DNA of 23,203 bases, from the NCBI GenBank assembly GCA_030595765.1, contig JAUVCJ010000010.1, positions 1-23,203 on the forward strand, given 5' to 3'. Under the pieces are notes generated by a model. It saw only the letters and a program-made list of their open reading frames with translations. It had not been told where the DNA came from and did no database searches. The translations under genes and the position numbers were made by a program. This document shows positions 16,561 through 23,203 of the stretch, in pieces. The DNA is from Thermoplasmatota archaeon (lineage in GTDB: Archaea; Thermoplasmatota; Thermoplasmata; GCA-020350865; JAUVCJ01). How positions within the stretch are numbered: the first letter of the stretch is position 1; every line of letters begins with the position of its first letter.

Positions 16561-16706
16561 TCTCTTTCCCTCTTCCCCTCTCCCTTCTTTCTCTCTCCTC
16601 CTTTTCCTCTCTCTTTTTCTTCTCCTTTTCTTTTTCCCTTTTCTTTTTTCCTGGCCTATGAATTTTCCTTTTCTCTTCTTTCTCCTTTTTTCTCTTTTTC
16701 TTTCCC
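16561..16706. repeat. Polypyrimidine/polypurine tract (92-nt and 44-nt uninterrupted pyrimidine runs on the + strand)
   Basis: 16561-16652 and 16663-16706 contain only C/T, separated by GGCCTATGAA. Confidence 0.9.
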
Positions 16707-16786
16707 ACCCTGCGGTCTCCAGACATATCTTCAGGCAAACGGTTCGAACCCAATCTTTATGAATCACGACAGTACATTGCATCCCT

Positions 16787-17473
16787 GTGTCTAAGCAATG
16801 GATGAGGCAGAACAGCAAGGATCCCTACTACAAGGCGGCCAAGAGGGATAACTACAGGTCTAGATCCTCCTTCAAGCTGATTCAGATCCACCAGAGGTTC
16901 GAGCTATTGCGTAAAGGCCAGGTGGTGGTGGACCTTGGCTCTGCACCTGGGGGGTGGCTCCAGGTAGCAAAGGAGTTCGTAGAAGAGGAGGGGCTGGTGA
17001 TCGGAGTTGATCTAGCTTCCATATTGCCTATAGACGGAGTTACGATAATTCGAGGGGACTTTACCACCCAGCGTGTTCGAGATCGAATCATGGAGACCCT
17101 GGCAGACAACGGCAAGAAAAAAGTGGACATAGTTCTCTCGGACCTAAGCCCGAACCTGACAGGCAAGTATGCAATGGATCAGGCCCGCTCGGTTGATCTG
17201 GCCGAGACTGCATTGAGGTTTGCACTGGATGTGCTTTCACCAAACGGAGCCTTTGCTGTAAAGGTGTTTCAGGGCGATATGTATCAGGATTATCTCAAGC
17301 TTTTCAGGAATTCTTTCGGATCAAGCAAACCATTTTCACCAAAGGCCTCCAGGTCTCACAGCTCAGAGATCTATCTGGTGGGCAAGAATCCGATACCGAT
17401 ATCGCGTAGAGTTGGAAAGATGTTCCAATCCGACCCTGAACAAAAGCTCTACTCCCCTGGCTATATCCATTGA
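16787..17473 (+). CDS. rlmE: RlmE/FtsJ-family 2'-O-ribose rRNA methyltransferase
   Basis: 'YYKAAKRDNYRSRSSFKLIQI', 'VVDLGSAPGGWLQVAKEFV', 'VDIVLSDLSPNLTGKYAMDQARSVDL', 'FAVKVFQGD'. Start at GTG 16787 or ATG 16802. Confidence 0.92.
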   Translation: MSKQWMRQNSKDPYYKAAKRDNYRSRSSFKLIQIHQRFELLRKGQVVVDLGSAPGGWLQVAKEFVEEEGLVIGVDLASILPIDGVTIIRGDFTTQRVRDRIMETLADNGKKKVDIVLSDLSPNLTGKYAMDQARSVDLAETALRFALDVLSPNGAFAVKVFQGDMYQDYLKLFRNSFGSSKPFSPKASRSHSSEIYLVGKNPIPISRRVGKMFQSDPEQKLYSPGYIH

Positions 17474-17741
17474 TCAGCGTGTGGGGCGGCTCCACAATCA
17501 GGCTCTAATGCCCTAATGCCTTTATGGCGCGATCCAATAACCTAACATCAAATAACATCACATCACATCACATATGGAACAATCCAATAAAACACCATAT
17601 GGCGCACCCCAAAAAACCCGCGTTGGTGTTCTCCATCAATTATGGTCAATAGTTGCCCTGGCTCGATGCTTGACCCGATTTTAATACATTCACTGACCCC
17701 CCTGGCAAAGGGTTATACCTGACCAATTTCATGCACTCCTT

Positions 17742-18251
17742 ATGTCTGGAGGCGATTACGAACGGGAATTAAAAGGGATACTCCAGGCAGATGCCCAGGT
17801 TCTGCACAGGGTGACCAAGACTTGCACTGAGTATCAGGAATTACAGTATTTCAAGATCCAGAGAAAGCCCTTCATAGTCATACGGGCAGCTGGTTCATTT
17901 GGGGTGGACCTAGTCGCTCTTAGAGGGGATGTATCATTCCCAATAGAGGTAAAGTCCTCAGTGTCCAGAACCATACGTTTTAGCAGGAATGAGAGGGTAA
18001 AGGAGCAGGCCGAGAGGATGCAGGACGAGTGCGCCAGAGCCGGTCTGGTACCCATATATGCCTTCAGGCTGAAGAGGGTAAGAGGGGACACCTGGAGAAT
18101 GTTTGCACTTCCGCAGGAAAAGAACGTTCAAGGAAAGCTCAGGATAATCAATGACAGGATGCCCAAAGTTGATACGACCAAGGCTGGCAACTACGTTCTT
18201 AGATGGGATGATGGGATGACTCTGGCCGATTTTATCGACTATGTTTGTTAG
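17742..18251 (+). CDS. hjc: Archaeal Holliday junction resolvase Hjc-like
   Basis: 'GGDYERELKGIL', 'FIVIRAAGSFGVDLVALRGDVSFPIEVKSS' (catalytic D...ExK arrangement). Confidence 0.82.
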   Translation: MSGGDYERELKGILQADAQVLHRVTKTCTEYQELQYFKIQRKPFIVIRAAGSFGVDLVALRGDVSFPIEVKSSVSRTIRFSRNERVKEQAERMQDECARAGLVPIYAFRLKRVRGDTWRMFALPQEKNVQGKLRIINDRMPKVDTTKAGNYVLRWDDGMTLADFIDYVC

Positions 18252-18699
18252 TTAAAATAATATCTCATTAACACTCTCCCATTCAAGCCAATCCATTCAA
18301 GATTTCAGCCTTATACATAGCCTTATACAACGGCTTGTCCAGCATATCCGGCACTAGCTCCGAGTGGGACAAGTAGGATAAGTAATAATATATTCTAATG
18401 TCATACGGGATGGGCAATAATTAACAGTGTATGGGTAGAATAATTAAGATGAGGGCGAGTAGAATAATGAAACACCCAAGAGTGTGAAAAGTGTGAAAAG
18501 TAATAACTCGGAATGATTCGATAGAGGCAAGTAGGATTGTTCATACTTCTCCTACTCCGGCCTGGTTTGGGTCTGGTCTACTTGTTTAACCAGAATGTAG
18601 GTGTAAAAATGGTTCTCAGCACTCATAGGGTTCATCAAGTATCAGCCGACCACGTTTCATCATCGAACCGGTCAAGAATGTTGCATATTGCTTAAAAAG

Positions 18700-18708
18700 T
18701 TATATATC
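18700..18708 (+). promoter_or_regulatory. TATA-box-like element upstream of the coiled-coil gene
   Basis: TTATATATC, with the 24-bp repeat array beginning 24 nt downstream (18733). Confidence 0.4.
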
Positions 18709-18732
18709 AAAGAACACATTTGTTAATCCAGT

Positions 18733-18852
18733 ACAAGGTCATATTGCAGACCCGATATACGGCCACTTTGCAAACCCGGCACAAGGCCATCTTCCAGGCC
18801 TGACACGCGGTCAATTTGCAGACTAGGCAAAAAGCCATCTTGCAGACCCAGT
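18733..18852. repeat. Five degenerate tandem 24-bp units in the predicted 5' leader of the coiled-coil gene
   Basis: ACAAGGTCATATTGCAGACCCGAT / ATACGGCCACTTTGCAAACCCGGC / ACAAGGCCATCTTCCAGGCCTGAC / ACGCGGTCAATTTGCAGACTAGGC / AAAAAGCCATCTTGCAGACCCAGT. Confidence 0.85.
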
Positions 18853-18878
18853 ACAATATCCTCTTGAGGGGAAATACT

Positions 18879-21374
18879 ATGAATCTTCCTGGCGGAAAGA
18901 CAGCAATGACATCACTCGGTGGCAGAGAGTCCCTTGACAAGATACTTGCAGAATCCAGCAATCCTGGGTTTAGCGGGTATCTATTGACATCCATGGTATC
19001 AAAGGGCACTCCATGCACTGGATATCTGGTCATCAAGAAAGGAAAACCTGTCCTGGCAAGTTGGGAAGGGGATGTATTGCTCAAAAGAGAGCCAGCTGCC
19101 ACAAGACTACTAGCCGATGCACTAAAAGAGGATTCGGTTCTGGAGTTGCATAGTTTTTCATACGGCTCATCAACCATCAATGTGAGCTACCTAGTCAAGC
19201 AATACAAAGATTCAAAGCTGGCAGATCTGGATTTTGATGTAGAGCAGGAGCTGGCCAGAGCCGCTGAAGAACTGAGAAGCGAACTTGATACTGAGCGGAG
19301 CCAGAGAGATGCCCAGGCAAAAGCATTGCGAACCCAGACCGACATAGAATCGGCGCTTCATGAAAGTAGCTGGGATTCAGCAAAGAAGGAAGACCTGCTC
19401 AGGGAAAGGGAAGCTTCCATAGAGTCTCTACGCCAGGAGCTGGACTCGGTTCGCCATGGAAGCATGGCAATACTCAAGCATCTTACCAAAAAGCAGGAGG
19501 GAAGCCTTGGCCAGGATGATGTAGTTGCACTTGCAGAAAGAAAGGTCGAGGGCATTCGTCTAGCTCAGGAGCGAGAGCGCTTGCAACGACATGAGGAGAA
19601 GCTCCAGACACAGACATCCGAGCTTGAGCAGGAAAGGACCAAGCTCCGCAAGAAAGAGGAGTTTCTCAGGCAGAAAGGACTAGAGAACAAGCGCGAGGGA
19701 GCTGCTGTACAGAAGGAACGCAAGGACCTGGATAAGATCTGGAAAGAACTTGAGGATCAGACCAATGTAATATCAGGCCAGCGAGAGAGCCTTGAGGCCA
19801 GTGCAGCTCAACAGCTTGCAAGGGAACAGGCCATGCTCAGGAAGGAGGATGGACTCAGGGAGCTAAAGGATGATCTAGGCCGTGAAAGGGTCGAAATGAC
19901 CAAAGAGAGAAAGGAGCTATCTCAAAGGCAGGAAGAGGTGGCCAGGAGCAAGGAGGATTTGTCCTCCAGAATGGAAGCGCTTGAGGAATCCAGCCAGGAG
20001 CTGGCCCAGCTACAGAAGGAGCTGAAGGGTAAGAGCAGGGCCCTGGAAACAGAGTCAAAGGCTCTTGACAGGGTAAGGCGAGAGCTTGAAAAGGGAACCC
20101 AGGAGGCTGATGCGAGGGATAATGAGCTTACCGAACTAGAGGAAGCATTATCCAGGCAGGAAAAGAGCCTTAACCTCAAGAAGAGCAGGCTTGAGAAATC
20201 AGAACTAGCTCAGAAAAAGGCTGATAAGAAGAATGTTTCCCTCAAGAAATCCTTGGATCACCAGAAGAAGGCGCTAAAGGGATTGGAAAGTGACCTGGCT
20301 AAACGAGAGAAGAGCTTGGCAGAGAAAATAGAGATCAACACCCAGGCCGCAAAGGACCTGGCTGTACATGAGCGCGAGCTGGCAAAGATCACACGTGCAA
20401 ATAACAAGATGCTTATGGAAATAAAGGAAAAGGAAGGCCTGCTAGCTGAAACAGAAGGGAACCTTGATGAGCGGCATGGCGCTTTGAACCTGCTTGAGAG
20501 TGAGCTTGAAGAGCGTTCAGAGCAGCAGGATGGTAGAGCTGAGGAACTGGAACTGCTTAGCAGGGAAATGGATAAGCGCGAGTTGGAGCTAAGAACCAGT
20601 TCATCCGAGCTCCAAAAGGAAAAGAAGGAAGGCGAAAGGGAGCTTGCCCAAGCAAGGAAGAAGATGCAGAAGCTCCAAAAGGATGTATCTGCCGAGAGCC
20701 TGGCACTTGTTGTTGTTAGAGAGGAGCTCGAAGGACGGGAATCCCAGATCCAGGTGACCGAGTCTGACCTATCTGAGGAGCGTGCTACATTGGAGGAGCT
20801 TTCCACCAGCCTGATGCTCAAAGGCGAATCTCTGGAGCAGAGAGAAAAATCTCAAGCAGCCAGTCTGAAGGAGCTTGAGAAGGAAACAAAATCCACAAAA
20901 AAGGCTCTGGATTCCAGGGAAAATATGTTTGGCCAGCAGCAGACCGAGCTTGCAGGAGAACAGAAGGAACTTGCCCAGTCCATCAAGAATTTGGGCAAGG
21001 AAGCCAAGCTGGTAGAAAAAGATAAGGCCAGGATGGAAAAGGATTTCGAGAAGAGGGAGAGAGGGTTCAGTGTCAAGGAAATACAGCTTCTGGACAAGGA
21101 GCAGTCCCAAAAGGATGAAGCCACCAGAATTTCAGAGCTCATAGAGGCTCAGGAAGAGCGTGAGACCATTCTAAAGTCTGGCGAGAAGGAGTTAGCAGGC
21201 AGGGAGAATCAACTCAAGGACCAGGAAAAAGCGTTGGCTGCCAGGGAAAAGGCAATGAAGAAGAAGGAAAAAGAGGTTCTAGCCCTGAAAGAGAGCATGG
21301 AGGACCGAAAGCGGAGCTTTGATGATCGCAGGTCTGAGCTGGAAAAGATCCGTAAAGGACTTCAAGACCTCTGA
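18879..21374 (+). CDS. Long coiled-coil protein with N-terminal DUF2226/DUF4388-like domain
   Basis: N-term 'GFSGYLLTSMVSKGTPCTGYLVIKKGKPVLASWEGDVLLKREPAATRLLADALKEDSVLELHSFS', then ~700 aa of Glu/Lys/Leu heptad-like sequence. ATG 18879 follows GAGGGG; the ORF is open to 18816. Confidence 0.8.
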   Translation: MNLPGGKTAMTSLGGRESLDKILAESSNPGFSGYLLTSMVSKGTPCTGYLVIKKGKPVLASWEGDVLLKREPAATRLLADALKEDSVLELHSFSYGSSTINVSYLVKQYKDSKLADLDFDVEQELARAAEELRSELDTERSQRDAQAKALRTQTDIESALHESSWDSAKKEDLLREREASIESLRQELDSVRHGSMAILKHLTKKQEGSLGQDDVVALAERKVEGIRLAQERERLQRHEEKLQTQTSELEQERTKLRKKEEFLRQKGLENKREGAAVQKERKDLDKIWKELEDQTNVISGQRESLEASAAQQLAREQAMLRKEDGLRELKDDLGRERVEMTKERKELSQRQEEVARSKEDLSSRMEALEESSQELAQLQKELKGKSRALETESKALDRVRRELEKGTQEADARDNELTELEEALSRQEKSLNLKKSRLEKSELAQKKADKKNVSLKKSLDHQKKALKGLESDLAKREKSLAEKIEINTQAAKDLAVHERELAKITRANNKMLMEIKEKEGLLAETEGNLDERHGALNLLESELEERSEQQDGRAEELELLSREMDKRELELRTSSSELQKEKKEGERELAQARKKMQKLQKDVSAESLALVVVREELEGRESQIQVTESDLSEERATLEELSTSLMLKGESLEQREKSQAASLKELEKETKSTKKALDSRENMFGQQQTELAGEQKELAQSIKNLGKEAKLVEKDKARMEKDFEKRERGFSVKEIQLLDKEQSQKDEATRISELIEAQEERETILKSGEKELAGRENQLKDQEKALAAREKAMKKKEKEVLALKESMEDRKRSFDDRRSELEKIRKGLQDL

Positions 21375-21561
21375 ATATGGCACCATTGAGCACAATTTCG
21401 AGCACAAGATCGCAAATTTATCCTTTCAGGTACATTCCGTCCAGTTCATCTCTACTCCAGTTCACTTTTACACAAGTTCATCGTTACGCAATCTAATCTT
21501 TACATCAGTTCATCACATCAATAAACTGCAATAATACATCAACTAACTGCACTAACAGATT

Positions 21562-21583
21562 GTTTCAACAAAGAAACAATTCG
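21562..21583. repeat. Short stem-loop ATTGTTTC-AACAAA-GAAACAAT
   Basis: Perfect 8-bp inverted repeat with a 6-nt loop in the intergenic region. Confidence 0.5.
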
Positions 21584-21656
21584 TATGGTATAACTCATAA
21601 AACAAGCCTATTTATTGAAGCGAAAATCGTCTGACAACATTATGGGAATTCGTTGA

Positions 21657-21680
21657 ACCCTTGAGGGTACCCTTAAGGGT
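21657..21680. repeat. Tandem pair of 12-bp palindromic or near-palindromic units ACCCTTGAGGGT ACCCTTAAGGGT
   Basis: The second unit is a perfect palindrome; the first differs by one base. A partial third copy, CTTGAAGGGT, follows (21681-21690). Confidence 0.7.
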
Positions 21681-21898
21681 CTTGAAGGGTCTAGGTTTTT
21701 CGAAATATTAGCCAGTGTGTTTGAATATGGTGTGATATGTATGAAAAAGCGGTCTGTCACACCGTTACGTATATGGTATCATTCATAAATGAACTGCGTA
21801 TGACAGCAGAAAAAAGCGCAAGCGCTGGCTTCTTCACACTAGATATATTAGATTATCAATCGAAAGATTAATGACCAACTGCGCCAGTATGGTAATGG

Positions 21899-23203
21899 AT
21901 GGGTTCAGGTTATTTCCTAAAAAAAGCCGTTTATCAGAGGCTTACGATAGTTTTCGCCATCATGCTCCTTTTTGGGGCCATTCCGTATACAGGTGGAGAC
22001 GATAAAACGCTAAACCGTGAAATTGATCCTGTCACAGTTTCCCTGCACTCAGACATGGCACAGATCATGGCGCAGAAAGACTCGCATAAGGACTCCCCTG
22101 CGATATTGCAGGATACTCAGGTTCGTCTCGATGAATTGACAACTGTGGAACAGGAACCTGCGGCTCAAATAGTTAAGGGTGTTGATTTTCAGGTACAGAC
22201 CGATTCTGCTATTGCGCCGCCTGGGCTTGCAGTATTAGAAAGCATTCTCAACAGACAATCCACTGAAGAACCGTTCACTCCCAATGACATCATAGATTTT
22301 GTTGTCAATCAACCCCTGAACTACTGGATGCATACCAATTACACCACCAATACGGAATCCCTCCTGTCATTCGAGAAGGGCAACATAAGGCCGACCCTTA
22401 TAAATCCAACTAACCTGGATATGTGGGTAGACGTGGATGTGGATAAAACAGGCACCACTGACATAAGCGGTATATTTCGCCCGTTAGCATCCTTGGAGCA
22501 AATAAATATTGAGCTCCCACCGACCGCAGATGTTGAGGGCGGGCTAGAAGCTGCAATAGAGAGGCGAAACACCGCTCCCTTCGAGCATTCTTCATTCAAT
22601 AGCCTATCAACTCATTTCATCAAATCTTTTTCCTATAACGACAATAATTTTCTTCTCACTTTGGGATTCGGGATGACTGATGTTCCTGACAATTTCAAGC
22701 TGTCATTGCAGGCTGACAGAATCGTGGTAGGCAATCTTTTCGGTGATCTTGCAAAGGGTATAATAGATAACGGCACACTTTCGGATATCTATGGTCCTCT
22801 TTGGGTAGACTGGTCATCCGGCGAGGGCATTCCAGGCTCTCTGGAGATATACATTTCAATGATACAGGTAGAATGGAACGCGACTGGGGTTTACACCCTA
22901 GGAGAACGGTCATGGATGGAGATAAAGTTCGATTGCCGGGACGATGAGACCACTGTTCCGATCGATGCCAAGCTTACACTGGATGTTGAGAGCACAACAG
23001 CCCCCATCGACGGCTTCAGCTGGGAGGGTGGAGTAACATCAGACATGTCTCTGAAATTCGTGGAGTTAAAAGAGGACATCACATACGCAATTACCAAGCT
23101 TGGAGGCCTTCCCTCAAGCATTGATGTAACCATGAAGGAAGTTCAGGAAGGTAGCCTCAACATTAGCCAGATCAATTTCAATGCCAGCTCTTCCATGGAG
23201 TAT
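21899..23203 (+). CDS. Secreted or membrane hypothetical protein, 3' truncated by the window edge
   Basis: Manual translation from ATG 21899: MGSGYFLKKAVYQRLTIVFAIMLLFGAIPYTGGDDKTLNREIDPVTVSLHSDMAQIM..., open for 435 codons to the last base with a signal-like N-terminus. Not in the supplied track because it has no stop. Confidence 0.75.
   Translation, partial: MGSGYFLKKAVYQRLTIVFAIMLLFGAIPYTGGDDKTLNREIDPVTVSLHSDMAQIMAQKDSHKDSPAILQDTQVRLDELTTVEQEPAAQIVKGVDFQVQTDSAIAPPGLAVLESILNRQSTEEPFTPNDIIDFVVNQPLNYWMHTNYTTNTESLLSFEKGNIRPTLINPTNLDMWVDVDVDKTGTTDISGIFRPLASLEQINIELPPTADVEGGLEAAIERRNTAPFEHSSFNSLSTHFIKSFSYNDNNFLLTLGFGMTDVPDNFKLSLQADRIVVGNLFGDLAKGIIDNGTLSDIYGPLWVDWSSGEGIPGSLEIYISMIQVEWNATGVYTLGERSWMEIKFDCRDDETTVPIDAKLTLDVESTTAPIDGFSWEGGVTSDMSLKFVELKEDITYAITKLGGLPSSIDVTMKEVQEGSLNISQINFNASSSMEY

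Noticed and set aside
16526-16753. 75-aa minus-strand ORF, Lys/Glu/Arg-rich ('KKRKKEKEEKRK...')
   Set aside because: It is a by-product of the uninterrupted polypurine strand; there is no domain-like content. The other ORF there, 16558-16818, is in another frame of the same tract.
18733-18852. 24-bp array considered as a CRISPR
   Set aside because: Units are degenerate and directly adjacent with no spacers, and no cas-like genes are present. No CRISPR array was seen anywhere in the window.
18707-19180. 157-aa minus-strand ORF with Cys-rich 8-aa repeats ('CLVCKLTACQAWKMALCRVCK')
   Set aside because: The periodicity comes from the 24-bp leader repeat and the rest is antisense to the well-supported coiled-coil gene.

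Overview
Archaeal chromosomal window (CDP-archaeol synthase, Hjc resolvase, RlmE/FtsJ, TATA-like boxes, leaderless-looking starts). From left to right it holds: an IS1182-like insertion sequence with 16-bp inverted repeats; a clostripain-family (C11) membrane-anchored protease with a repeat tail; pyrE; an unlisted 44-aa eight-cysteine microprotein; carS; a small PH-like protein; a protein with an acidic insertion; an archaeal HTH regulator; a zinc-ribbon membrane protein whose 3' end overlaps a convergent subtilase gene; a membrane-anchored zinc-ribbon protein; a three-gene minus-strand operon; rlmE; hjc; a long coiled-coil protein; and the start of a secreted protein open at the window edge. 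The standout is the operon at 13813-16497. It encodes (i) a UFC1-like E2 (not a classic HPN-type UBC), (ii) a UBA5-like E1 with the conserved ANMNRL, CxxC...CxxC and catalytic-Cys 'C..[ST]LPTTM' signatures, and (iii) a JAMM/MPN protease with an unusual metal-site spacing. Together they look like a prokaryotic UFMylation-type conjugation module in which a JAMM peptidase replaces the C78 UFSP cysteine protease. No UFM1-like modifier was found in the window. Homology statements come from recalled family sequences and motifs, not from database searches.
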